Shown: positions 1 through 8,160, numbered from the stretch's first letter. The stretch: 64,000 nt of DNA from Patescibacteria group bacterium (GCA_028714475.1 JAQTNC010000005.1:6857-70856), one strand, 5' to 3'. Numbers and translations: made by a program. The notes: generated from the sequence alone by a model not told the origin.

Positions 1-7
1 TGTTTAT

Positions 8-244
8 TTGGAGAAACGCTGGGCGAACATGGCGCTCTTCCTGATTTGGACCATTGACAAAATCTCCACGGGCGTCATGTTTCCGAAAAGCATTTTTTGG
101 CAGATTGTCGGCTGGCTGATCTTTGCCCCGTTCTTCTATCGGTCGTATCAGGTTGAAACGGCCAAGGCAAGATTAAAAGCTAAGGCGCCGGCTGTCGCGG
201 AGACTGAACCGAAGCCGGAGGGCGATTCACACCCCAAGACCTGA
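8..244 (+). CDS. hypothetical small membrane protein; frame is open to the 5' window edge so it may be the 3' end of a longer gene
   Basis: ORF with two hydrophobic helices (ALFLIWTI, IVGWLIFAPFFY) and a Lys/Ala-rich tail. The track start is a TTG; the first ATG is at 29. Confidence 0.35.
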   Translation: MEKRWANMALFLIWTIDKISTGVMFPKSIFWQIVGWLIFAPFFYRSYQVETAKARLKAKAPAVAETEPKPEGDSHPKT

Positions 245-247
245 CCC
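235..247 (+). repeat. copy 1 of the interspersed 13-mer CAAGACCTGACCC. Other copies lie at 1013-1025 (+), 3676-3688 (-), 6109-6121 (-) and 6165-6177 (+, 1 mismatch)
   Basis: Exact 13-mer read directly in the sequence five times within 6.2 kb, all intergenic or at gene ends. Confidence 0.6.
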
Positions 248-332
248 CGAAACCGGGCAACCCCAAGACTTTTTGCTTGAATAGCCGTATATATTGCGCT
301 AAAATTGAATTGCCTAGAAATGGCAACATGAT

Positions 333-815
333 ATGGAGTTGCTTAAGCTATTAAAAAACCACAGCAGGATTACTTTTGAACAGTATTTACGGATATTTGA
401 AGTATCTGCCGTTTTTGCGGGCGTCGTCTTTGCCGGCGTTCAATTAAATCACGTTCGTTTAATGCAGTCAGCCCAGCTGATGCTTTCTTTCAATGAGGAT
501 CTAAATAGTGAGAAGAACTCTAAAATTATCTACGCTGTTGAAGAGGGCCTGCCCGTCTTTCAGGAAAACGGCGGCCAGTTTAATGCAAATGACGTCGATA
601 AATATTTGAGTGTTTATGAATTACTTAATAATGCCAGGGATGCGGGGCTGATTACTGATGACATGATGTATAACGCTTTCTCTTTCAGCTTGATGAAAAC
701 GCATCAAAACAAGGAAATCGAAGACTATATTATACAACAGCGGATGAAGTATGGTGAACCATTGCTTTTTGATGGTTACGAAAGACTGGCAAAAAGCGTA
801 GAATTGATTAATTAA
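333..815 (+). CDS. hypothetical protein with an N-terminal transmembrane helix (AT-rich island gene)
   Basis: 160-aa ORF starting at ATG. It has an N-terminal hydrophobic segment VSAVFAGVVFAGVQL. Local AT content is much higher than the surrounding high-GC DNA. No recognisable catalytic motif. Confidence 0.5.
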   Translation: MELLKLLKNHSRITFEQYLRIFEVSAVFAGVVFAGVQLNHVRLMQSAQLMLSFNEDLNSEKNSKIIYAVEEGLPVFQENGGQFNANDVDKYLSVYELLNNARDAGLITDDMMYNAFSFSLMKTHQNKEIEDYIIQQRMKYGEPLLFDGYERLAKSVELIN

Positions 816-912
816 GCCTAATCGACATTTTATGCCGAAAAAGCGAGCGGCTTCGCACAAGGCGCCCAAGAGGACACACGTGCACAAGCCCAGCAAAAAG
901 AAATGACCAGAC

Positions 913-940
913 GGCCGTGGCGGGTGCCACGGCTTTTTGG
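913..940 (+). terminator. rho-independent terminator hairpin GGCCGTGGC-N4-GCCACGGC followed by TTTTT
   Basis: Perfect GC-rich stem plus a T-run about 100 bp downstream of the 333..815 ORF. A second, similar hairpin (GGCCGTGGG..CCCACGGTCC plus TTTT) lies at 1069-1098. Confidence 0.5.
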
Positions 941-1141
941 TTTTCTCGCGTTCGGCTTTGATCAGTAGTAAGCATCAGGGCCAGCTCTTGAATCCCAGCA
1001 AATGCAATAGTTCAAGACCTGACCCCGGCAATGTGTGCCGCCGACCGCCTAGGCGGAATAACCAAAAAGGCCGTGGGCAACCCCCCACGGTCCTTTTAAA
1101 AACGCGCGTCAATTATTCCGGGCAAAATTAATGGAGCCTGC

Positions 1142-1819
1142 TTGCAAGCTTTGAAATACGGTGTAGTCTTGCTAAATATGGACAAGAACAACACCCGACA
1201 CCTCAAGGGTCTATTCAATGGGCTGGTATATATCGTGTGTGTTTTAGTTGGAGTGTATTTGTGGAAACGTCTCAACACTGACGAAACGACTATTTATTAT
1301 CTTTTTAGCACAATCGCTCAAGTGGTAGCGGCACTATTTGGGCTTCTTGGAGCTGTGGTGCTTTTTCGCATACAAAATCTTGATAGAGAAATATGCGATA
1401 ATAGGGCGTGGATTTTGGGATGGTTGGATAGGTGGTGGAAATATTCGATACCAATTAGTACCCCATTTAGTGGGGTAATCAGTCTGGTTCGCGAGAAGCT
1501 TGCGTCAATCGGCGATGGGAACAGCTGTGACAAAGTAAACGCAATAAACTGCGTCGCTTTTCTTGAGGGTGGGGTGTCCCAACGGAAACGCCTTCTTGAT
1601 AGCCTCAAATGGGCGGCTTATCCGTCGTTAGTTGTCATAACAATTAGTTTTGTTGCCCTAGGTCTTACTAACTTTTTGCAGGAGCGTGGATGGGGGACAG
1701 AAGCTTGTTTGATGGGGATTATTCTGGGAACAGTTGCCGTTTGGTTTGATGTATCTATTATTAAACCAATCATCGAATTTAATTTGCACATTGACGAAGA
1801 CAAAGACGAAACGGAGTAG
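1142..1819 (+). CDS. hypothetical multi-pass membrane protein (AT-rich island gene)
   Basis: 225-aa ORF with at least four hydrophobic helices (LVYIVCVLVGVYLW, IAQVVAALFGLLGAVVLF, LVVITISFVALGL, LMGIILGTVAVWF) and an acidic C-terminal tail. The start could be the internal Met at 1181. Confidence 0.5.
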   Translation: MQALKYGVVLLNMDKNNTRHLKGLFNGLVYIVCVLVGVYLWKRLNTDETTIYYLFSTIAQVVAALFGLLGAVVLFRIQNLDREICDNRAWILGWLDRWWKYSIPISTPFSGVISLVREKLASIGDGNSCDKVNAINCVAFLEGGVSQRKRLLDSLKWAAYPSLVVITISFVALGLTNFLQERGWGTEACLMGIILGTVAVWFDVSIIKPIIEFNLHIDEDKDETE

Positions 1820-1981
1820 CTTACTAGCCGGCAAAAAACATCCTCAAAGCTCTAGACATGGGATAACGCGTCGTCGCCCGGTGCTGTTCTGCAACCAGAA
1901 CGAGATCACCGAGCCTAAGGACAACCAGCCGGTGTGGCGGGTGTTCCTGCCGGAGCCGACCGCCAAGGTGTAGAACCAAAA

Positions 1982-2004
1982 GGGCCGTGGGGTTACCCAC
2001 GGCC
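1982..2004 (-). terminator. terminator hairpin GGGCCGTGGG-TTA-CCCACGGCCC serving the minus-strand HEPN operon
   Basis: Perfect 10-bp stem. On the minus strand it is followed by UUUUGG. It lies 13 bp beyond the end of the 2017..2394 gene. Confidence 0.5.
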
Positions 2005-2016
2005 CGTTCTAAATAA

Positions 2017-2394
2017 CTATCGTTTTTTACGATTTGATGTAATCAAATAAGCTCGCTCTAACAAAATATTGTTAATGCTGCAATTTGTTATTACCGCAGA
2101 GCCATGCTCAATATTAAAAGCAGAATTGATACTTTTAACAAAGGGAACATTATCAGGAATCATCAATATTCTAGCAATAATATTAATATTACTTCCCAAA
2201 TATCTGTGTAATGTCTTTTGTATCGATACAAAGTTATCTTGATAATTCCTTTCGTTTAGCCAATCGGCGCTAACTAGCAGGTCCCATTTGTCATCTAAGT
2301 CCGAACGTTTAAATAATCCGAACAAAACAAATCTTCCCTTGGCGCGCGCCAAAGATTTTTCTGCCTCTATCAGTTTAGTAACAAAGGGTGTCAT
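2017..2394 (-). CDS. hypothetical protein, downstream partner of the HEPN protein (possibly a degenerate nucleotidyltransferase-like antitoxin or toxin partner)
   Basis: 125-aa ORF whose start overlaps the HEPN gene's stop by 4 bp (ATGA), implying translational coupling. The segment FVLFGLFKRSDLDDKWDLLV weakly resembles the hG[GS]..D.D core of minimal nucleotidyltransferases, but the Ser and the second Asp are not in canonical positions. Confidence 0.4.
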   Translation of the reverse strand: MTPFVTKLIEAEKSLARAKGRFVLFGLFKRSDLDDKWDLLVSADWLNERNYQDNFVSIQKTLHRYLGSNINIIARILMIPDNVPFVKSINSAFNIEHGSAVITNCSINNILLERAYLITSNRKKR

Positions 2395-2846
2395 ATGGTC
2401 CCCAGAAACTTTAACACACTTCTCGTGGCTCTGATCATCTCTTTGGCAACTTGGTCCTTGACGTTGCCGATTTCAACATATCTCTGTTCGGAACTCCACC
2501 CCGCCACTATGGACCAGTCCCCGAAGATGGCAGATTGTTTTATCTGCGTTTCCTTGCCTGAAACCACGAGCAGCTCTTCCAGCTTATGGGTGCACAGCGC
2601 GGTCCTAAGTCTGTCTCCAACGCCGCTTGGGGGCCAGCAGTTCCAGTTTAACGCGGAGCAGGCGGACGCTTTCAATGCAAGCTCGACCGCATAGCCGCAC
2701 AGATAGTAGGCACCTTCCCACTTCCTTTTGTTCAATAAATAATTCGCTTCGACCAAACGAGATTTGGCCAAACGTCTTAGTGCGGCTACATCCAGTTGTT
2801 TTATCGCCCCCGACATAGTCAGGCACCAGCCTATCAGGAGCTTCAT
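2391..2846 (-). CDS. HEPN domain protein
   Basis: 151-aa protein with the typical HEPN helical core (AKSRLVEANYLLNKRKWEGAYYLCGYAVELALKA) and an R-x5-H motif (RTALCTHKLEEL). Lies in the AT-rich island. Confidence 0.6.
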   Translation of the reverse strand: MKLLIGWCLTMSGAIKQLDVAALRRLAKSRLVEANYLLNKRKWEGAYYLCGYAVELALKASACSALNWNCWPPSGVGDRLRTALCTHKLEELLVVSGKETQIKQSAIFGDWSIVAGWSSEQRYVEIGNVKDQVAKEMIRATRSVLKFLGTI

Positions 2847-3213
2847 ATTATGTAAACACCGCGAAAGTCGTTGCCCACCGGGTGCCAGCAGCCCGTGCCC
2901 TGTACCAGAACGGTACTGGGCTTTACGGGCCCAAGAATTGACCGAAATGGATTATTTCTGACCACGTATAAATCCCAGCGCGACTGGGATTCACGTGGCA
3001 CGGCCACGGCTGACACGCAGTGAACATCCGTATTTTTGCTGGGTTTAGCTCATGTCTGCTAGGTTACGATGAATTTCAACTAAGCGGTGTTCCGCTTCCC
3101 GCCCTTCGGGCGGTCACCCGCAGGGTGAGAATCCCCATGGGCCCGCAACAGACCATACAAAATCTCGCCAGCCCAAGGGTGGGGCTGACGAGAGCGTCTC
3201 GAGGGCGTCTGGC

Positions 3214-3579
3214 CTAAGCGAGTTCGACGATGCGCAGGCGCGGATCGGGCCGCGGCGGGGTGGTGTCTAAGGCCACCTGTTCCTGCACCGCGTATTCGAC
3301 GCCCGGCGGAACCTCGATCTTCACGAGATGGACAGGGCGGTTGGCGACGAAGACGTCGCCCTTCGGGCCCTTGTCCCGGTAGGTTTGTCGCCACTCCTTG
3401 AACAACCGCAGGGCCATCGATTGGCTGTCCACCCCCTCGAGCGGCGTGTGGACGGTCCAGAAGAAGGGCTGGCCTTTCGGCGATTGCCCGTAGCGGGCAA
3501 CGTAGCGGATTTCGAAGACAGAACGGACTCCGGACGCGCGTTTCCGGGCGAGATATTCCTGTATGTCGATGACAGACAC
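3214..3579 (-). CDS. hypothetical protein
   Basis: 121-aa ORF with protein-like composition (MSVIDIQEYLARKRASGVRSVFEIRYV...). No recognisable domain. Confidence 0.35.
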   Translation of the reverse strand: MSVIDIQEYLARKRASGVRSVFEIRYVARYGQSPKGQPFFWTVHTPLEGVDSQSMALRLFKEWRQTYRDKGPKGDVFVANRPVHLVKIEVPPGVEYAVQEQVALDTTPPRPDPRLRIVELA

Positions 3580-3813
3580 GGCACTGACCTCCTGGGATAA
3601 TCCGAAGAAAAGCTAGCGCCTTTTCGGGCTTTTGTCAATGGCGCAACCGCAAGGGGGTTTCGTGACCGGGTGTAAGGGTCAGGTCTTGAATTATCGGTTT
3701 CTCGCAACGCATATAATTCAAGTCCCGCCCCCGCACTCCCGAAACCAAAAGACCGCCCGGGTGGGCGATCTTTGTTGTGTGCTAGAGGCGCTGCGGTTTT
3801 GCGGTGGATTCGA

Positions 3814-4020
3814 CTAGGCCAGGCGGCCTTCGAAGCGGTCGACTTTGTGGCGGAGGGCGGCGACTTCGCAGTCCAATGCCTCGTGTAGTTTCACGAAACC
3901 TTCGACATGGTTATTCAGGTTATCGATTTTGACCTCCATCGTCCCTTTCCATGCCACCAAGTCTTTGACGTTCGCGTCAATCTCGGTCAGTTTCACGATG
4001 ATTTTGTCCTGGATATCCAT
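3814..4020 (-). CDS. hypothetical small coiled-coil protein
   Basis: 68-aa ORF with a heptad-like pattern (IDANVKDLVAWKGTMEVKIDNLNNHVEGFVKLHEAL). Low GC relative to neighbours. Confidence 0.3.
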   Translation of the reverse strand: MDIQDKIIVKLTEIDANVKDLVAWKGTMEVKIDNLNNHVEGFVKLHEALDCEVAALRHKVDRFEGRLA

Positions 4021-4122
4021 ACGTTAGATAGGTTAGCAAAGTAGGGGCGGGGAGACAACAGAGGGTGGGAGGGGCATTTGTGAGGGTTTCGCACGGCCCC
4101 CTCGACCCCCTCGACTCGCTTC

Positions 4123-4242
4123 GCTCGCTCGGGGAAGAAAGGAGGGGCTCGCTCGGGGAAGAAAGGAGGGGCTCGCTCGGGGAAGAAAGGAGGGGCTCGC
4201 TCGGGGAAGAAAGGAGGGGCTCGCTCAGGGAAGAATGGGGGG
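4123..4242. repeat. tandem repeat, 5 copies of the 24-bp unit GCTCGCTCGGGGAAGAAAGGAGGG (last copy degenerate), about 100 bp upstream of the phosphate transporter gene
   Basis: Read directly: four perfect copies and one degenerate copy. Each unit contains AAGGAGG. There are no spacers, so it is not a CRISPR array. Confidence 0.85.
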
Positions 4243-4348
4243 CACTACGGCGGGGGCGCGATGATACAGGGCATCCCCAAAACACCTTAATTGACACCCC
4301 GCCAATGGTTATCTACGCTGAATTTATAACCTCATCTGACCCACCCGC

Positions 4349-6094
4349 ATGAGCATCCAGTTCATCGTTGTCGTTTTTGCGGTTTCCCTGGCCCTGGTGT
4401 TCAACTTCACGAACGGTTTTCATGATGTCGCCAATCAGGTCGCGACGGCCATAAAAACCGACGCCATCAAACCGCTGCGCGCCCTGCTCATCGCGGCCTC
4501 GTTTGATTTCATCGGCGCGTGCTTTCTCGGCAGCAAGGTCGCGGAAACCTTCGGCAAGGGAATCGTGGATCCGCACCTGATGACCAAGGGGACATCGAGT
4601 GTGCTCGTCATCATCGCGGCGCTCCTCGGGGCGATCCTCTGGAATCTTTGGACCTGGTGGACGGGCACGCCCTCGTCGTCGTCGCATGCGCTCATCGGCG
4701 GCCTGCTCGGCGCCTTCGTGGTCGGCTGGGGTTTTGCTCCGGTGAACTGGCTGAAGGTGCTGGGCGTCTTCGTCATCCTGGTCGCTTCCCCCTTGGTCGG
4801 TTTCATCGTGGCCTCGACGCTGACCCGCCTCGGCATTTATGTGAGCTCAATAATTTCTTTCCCCACGCGGACGAACAGCTTCTTCAGAAAAGCACAGTAC
4901 GTGACGCTCATCTCCCAGGCGCTTTCGCACGGGACCAACGACGCGCAAAAGGCCATGGGCGTCATCGTCTTCATTTTGGCCATTTCGGGAATGTACGCGC
5001 CGGTCTCGGGAGGATCGTTCATCCCCACGTGGGTCGTGGTCGCCTGTTCGATCGCCCTCGCGATGGGCGCCCTGTGCGGGGGCTGGAAAATCATCCGCAC
5101 TTTGGGCTGGGGGATCTACGACATCAAGCCGATCCACTCCTTCACGTCACAGTTCTCTTCGGCCGCCATCATCTACCTTTCCTCGCTCTTTGGGTATCCG
5201 ATTTCGACCACCCAGGTCATCTCGTCTTCCGTGATGGGCGCCGGCGCGGCGGAGAACCCCAAGCGCGTTCATTGGGAGGTCACAAAAGACATGGCCTTTG
5301 CCTGGCTCGTCACGATACCGGCTTCGGCCGCCGTCTCGGCGACCCTTCTCCTTCTCTTTCGGGGAAGGTGGCTCCATGTCATCGGGATAATCATTAGTGC
5401 TATATTGATATATATGATCTGGAAAAAATTGTCCGTCTCCCGTCTCTTTCCGAAGCAACTCAATTTCCTGAACATGCTCTCGGAGCAAGCCGGGATAGTG
5501 CACGAGGGATTAAAAACCGCGCAAAAATATTGCGAGCATACGAGCCCGGAAGCGGCGCAGATCGTCGACGAGGCGGAAAAAGCGGCCGACGAGGCGCATT
5601 ACAAAATCATCACGAGCATCCGGAGCACGTTCATCACCGGGAAATACGACCGACACAACATCGAGAACCTTTCCCAGAGGATCGATGACATCATGGATGA
5701 GGCCAAGAAGGCGGTCATGAGAATGGAGAAATTCGAAGTCCCGCCTGACCATTACATGATTGACATGCTCGGCAAGCTGTCGGAGGCAATCGTGCTCATC
5801 AAGGAGGCCATCGAAACACTGGGGACTGATCCGGAGCGCTGCGAAGAATGCATCAAAGCCGCGCGGAAACGCGAGAACACGATCCAGCACATCTATGAGG
5901 CGTGGTACGGCAAGACCGAGAGCGAAATCAAAGTTGATCTTGAAAATGTTTCTTCGGATCAAATGGTCGGCGTGCTCCGCGCCATGATTCGCAATCGCGA
6001 CGAGGAAAAGGTGCAAAATTCTTTCCTCAAAGCCGCTGACGCGGTGGTGATGTCGGCGACGGAGCTTGAGACCATGCTCGCGAAGATTTCGTAA
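4349..6094 (+). CDS. pit: inorganic phosphate transporter, PiT (PHO4) family, fused to a C-terminal PhoU-like/DUF47-type soluble domain
   Basis: N-terminal half is multi-TM with the PiT signature NGFHDVANQVATAI and GTNDAQKAMGVI repeats. The C-terminal roughly 190 aa is soluble, helical and charged, like the Pit-accessory DUF47/PhoU-like proteins that are normally encoded by a separate adjacent gene. Confidence 0.8.
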   Translation: MSIQFIVVVFAVSLALVFNFTNGFHDVANQVATAIKTDAIKPLRALLIAASFDFIGACFLGSKVAETFGKGIVDPHLMTKGTSSVLVIIAALLGAILWNLWTWWTGTPSSSSHALIGGLLGAFVVGWGFAPVNWLKVLGVFVILVASPLVGFIVASTLTRLGIYVSSIISFPTRTNSFFRKAQYVTLISQALSHGTNDAQKAMGVIVFILAISGMYAPVSGGSFIPTWVVVACSIALAMGALCGGWKIIRTLGWGIYDIKPIHSFTSQFSSAAIIYLSSLFGYPISTTQVISSSVMGAGAAENPKRVHWEVTKDMAFAWLVTIPASAAVSATLLLLFRGRWLHVIGIIISAILIYMIWKKLSVSRLFPKQLNFLNMLSEQAGIVHEGLKTAQKYCEHTSPEAAQIVDEAEKAADEAHYKIITSIRSTFITGKYDRHNIENLSQRIDDIMDEAKKAVMRMEKFEVPPDHYMIDMLGKLSEAIVLIKEAIETLGTDPERCEECIKAARKRENTIQHIYEAWYGKTESEIKVDLENVSSDQMVGVLRAMIRNRDEEKVQNSFLKAADAVVMSATELETMLAKIS

Positions 6095-6258
6095 GGGAGC
6101 ATTCATAAGGGTCAGGTCTTGGGATGTGGCCCACGACCTGCCATCCAAACACGAATTCACATCTCAAGACCCGACCCCCAGCCTTACAAAAACAACAAAA
6201 CGACCCGTCGAAACGGGTCGTGGCGACGAAACGCGAAAGACGCGGACGGGCGCGGCGG

Positions 6259-7077
6259 TCAGTATCCGCCGAAGTGCCCCATGCGGAACTCGATGACGAA
6301 GCTCGCCGTGACGCCCTTGGCTTGATTCTTCGGCGCGCCGTACTTGTTGAGCCCGGGATAGGGTTCGCCCCAACCGAACTCGCCGAAGACGGCGAAGGGC
6401 CCGCTCGTGAGCTTGGCCCGCGTGAACCACGACGTCTGGTTCGTGAACGAGTACGATTTCCGGCCGCCGAGGAAGCGCAGGTCCGTGTTGGGGAACCGCT
6501 TCGCCTCGTCCCGATAGCCGAGCGTGAAGGCCAGACCGGCGTCGAACAGCATGTAGTCGTACTTCGCCTTGCCTTCCGAGTGGACATCGTCCTCGGTGAA
6601 GCTGTAGTCGAGCTTCCGCCGCCCGTACTCGTAGTCTCCGACCAAGCGGAAGCCCGCGGTGCCGAGGTAGGCCGAGCCGAGGGCGCCTGCCTCGAGCATC
6701 TTGCCGGTGCCGGTGGGCCCGTAGAAGAGCCAGCCGCCGCCTCCGACGCCGAAGTTCGGGCAGGTCAGGGGCCAGAGTTCCAGCCGGGTGTTCAGTCCCA
6801 TGGTCGTGTGCTCGTAGTTCTGGCTCGACTTCGTGGCGTCGGCGTTCACGATCATCGGATACATGTTCACGGCGAAGGCGGTGTTCAGCCAGAGGAACGC
6901 GCCGAAGCTCGAATCCGTGGCCTCCAGCTTCTCGTTCAGCCTCGCGTCGGCGCGCACGGACGCGTCCGCCACCTTGTCGATCGTGTCCTTCGTTTCATCG
7001 GGGGTTGCCTGCGCCAGGGCCGCGGTCGGCCAGGTGAGGGAAGCAAGGGCCAGGGCCAGGGCTTTTATGTTTCGCAT
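6259..7077 (-). CDS. secreted beta-barrel outer-membrane-like protein (porin/OMP-like), hypothetical
   Basis: N-terminal signal peptide (ALALALASLTWPTAALA-QA). Alternating hydrophobic beta-strand patterns, Gly/aromatic-rich, with a C-terminal ...FRMGHFGGY aromatic terminus. The + strand ORF 6124..7107 is an Arg/Ala-rich shadow. Confidence 0.5.
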   Translation of the reverse strand: MRNIKALALALASLTWPTAALAQATPDETKDTIDKVADASVRADARLNEKLEATDSSFGAFLWLNTAFAVNMYPMIVNADATKSSQNYEHTTMGLNTRLELWPLTCPNFGVGGGGWLFYGPTGTGKMLEAGALGSAYLGTAGFRLVGDYEYGRRKLDYSFTEDDVHSEGKAKYDYMLFDAGLAFTLGYRDEAKRFPNTDLRFLGGRKSYSFTNQTSWFTRAKLTSGPFAVFGEFGWGEPYPGLNKYGAPKNQAKGVTASFVIEFRMGHFGGY

Positions 7078-7253
7078 GACGTCTTCCTTTGGGAAGGTGC
7101 GAGTTGATATTCGCTCCGGGATTGTCGCCTCCGGCGGCGGCCGTGTTTTGGCAAAGAGAACCTAACAGGCTTCGCCCGGATTGTCAATCAGCAACTGAAG
7201 CCGACCTTGACACTACGCGGCATTTAACCTATTAATATTGCCGTGGATGCCCA

Positions 7254-7745
7254 GTGGTGTTCATGAAAGCGCGGCACGGGGCCGCATGTCAGGAGGGTCG
7301 TTCCATGTCAAAAGGTCTCAAGCTATTGTTGGGTTCGGTCACGGCGTTGCTTCTCGGTTTGTGCAGCTTCTGGGTCGGATGGCTCAACCATACCAACATC
7401 AACCAGATTGGCGTCGCCTACAACTCTTTCGGCGGCAATGTCTGGATACAGGACCGGCCCGGCTGGTACATCACGCCGCCGACGGTCAAGGTCGCGTACA
7501 TCAGCACCCTGCCCATCAAGGTGACCGTGCCGTCCAATGCGGTCGTCATCATCACCAAGGTCGTTCGCTTCAGGCCCGAAGGCGTGGACGCGTTCATCCG
7601 CCAGCAGGGCTTCAGCTACTTCTCCTCGTCCGAGCTGGAGAACATCCTGATGGGCTATGCCTTCTCGGGAGGCACCTATCCGTTCCTGGAGATCGTGCAG
7701 GACACCGGCCAGGAGAAGGTCAACGATCGGCCCGTGCAGCGTTAG
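7254..7745 (+). CDS. hypothetical membrane-anchored protein
   Basis: 163-aa ORF with an N-terminal hydrophobic anchor LLLGSVTALLLGLCSFWVGWL followed by a beta-rich soluble part. The start may be the Met at 7305. A possible further small membrane ORF (GTG start near 7757, ending 8059) follows in another frame. Confidence 0.4.
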   Translation: MVFMKARHGAACQEGRSMSKGLKLLLGSVTALLLGLCSFWVGWLNHTNINQIGVAYNSFGGNVWIQDRPGWYITPPTVKVAYISTLPIKVTVPSNAVVIITKVVRFRPEGVDAFIRQQGFSYFSSSELENILMGYAFSGGTYPFLEIVQDTGQEKVNDRPVQR

Positions 7746-8105
7746 GTGGCATCGTGAACGTCGAACAAAAGGACAGTCAGGCGCGGCCCTTCGGCTACGG
7801 CAGGGCCTTGAGAGTCTTGGCCGCCACCGCCGCCGCCGTGACGCTCGTGCGCCTCATGTACACCTGCCAGCCGCTCATGAACTTCGTGTGGCTGAACGCC
7901 GCGGTTGCGTGTCACGCCTTCAATCGACCGCACCTGTTTCACACTTTCGGTGTGGCGGCGATGGTCTTCGTCGGCGCTTTGGGATGGGTTGCGGTCTGGG
8001 TCCTCTGTGGCCTGCTCGCCCTGACACCAGCGCGGGTCAAGAACTTGAGGCATCGTTAGCAGCGTCTCGCGGCTCAAAGCGTCTATCGCTTTGGGCCGTT
8101 TCTTA

Positions 8106-8134
8106 TTGCTTAATCTATTTACAGCCTCTATAAT
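8106..8134 (+). promoter_or_regulatory. near-consensus sigma70-type promoter TTGCTT-17-TATAAT embedded in the palindrome TAATCTATT / AATAGATTA
   Basis: -35 TTGCTT at 8106-8111, a 17-nt spacer, then -10 TATAAT at 8129-8134. The 9-bp inverted repeat arms span the -35 and -10 elements (operator-like). Confidence 0.55.
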
Positions 8135-8160
8135 AGATTAAGAGTAAGTTATTAGTGCAA

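Noticed and set aside
4123-4242. Possible CRISPR array
   Set aside because: The units are contiguous with no spacers, and no cas genes are nearby.
4065-4352. ORFs translating the 24-bp tandem repeat as GEERRGSL or SEPLLSSP repeats
   Set aside because: Both strands give periodic low-complexity peptides purely because of the DNA repeat. There is no start context or flanking protein-like sequence. Treated as a non-coding tandem repeat.
4435-6160. Antisense and off-frame ORFs overlapping the pit gene (4519..5397 +, 5147..5503 -, 5510..6160 -)
   Set aside because: Arg/His/Gly-rich low-complexity translations typical of high-GC shadow frames. The pit frame has clear PiT motifs.
235-6177. Integron-like cassette array, suggested by the direct 13-mer repeats flanking gene units
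   Set aside because: No integrase gene, and the repeats lack attC-like R''/L''-L'/R' symmetry. Kept only as an unexplained interspersed motif.
6124-7107. 327-aa + strand ORF opposite the OMP-like gene
   Set aside because: Arg/Ala-rich shadow. The minus-strand product has a signal peptide and beta-barrel features.
7238-8059. 273-aa ORF in an alternate frame overlapping the 7254..7745 gene
   Set aside because: The N-terminal two-thirds is Arg/Gly/His-rich shadow sequence. Only its last roughly 100 codons (from about 7757) look like a membrane protein. The 163-aa frame is the better gene for 7254-7745.
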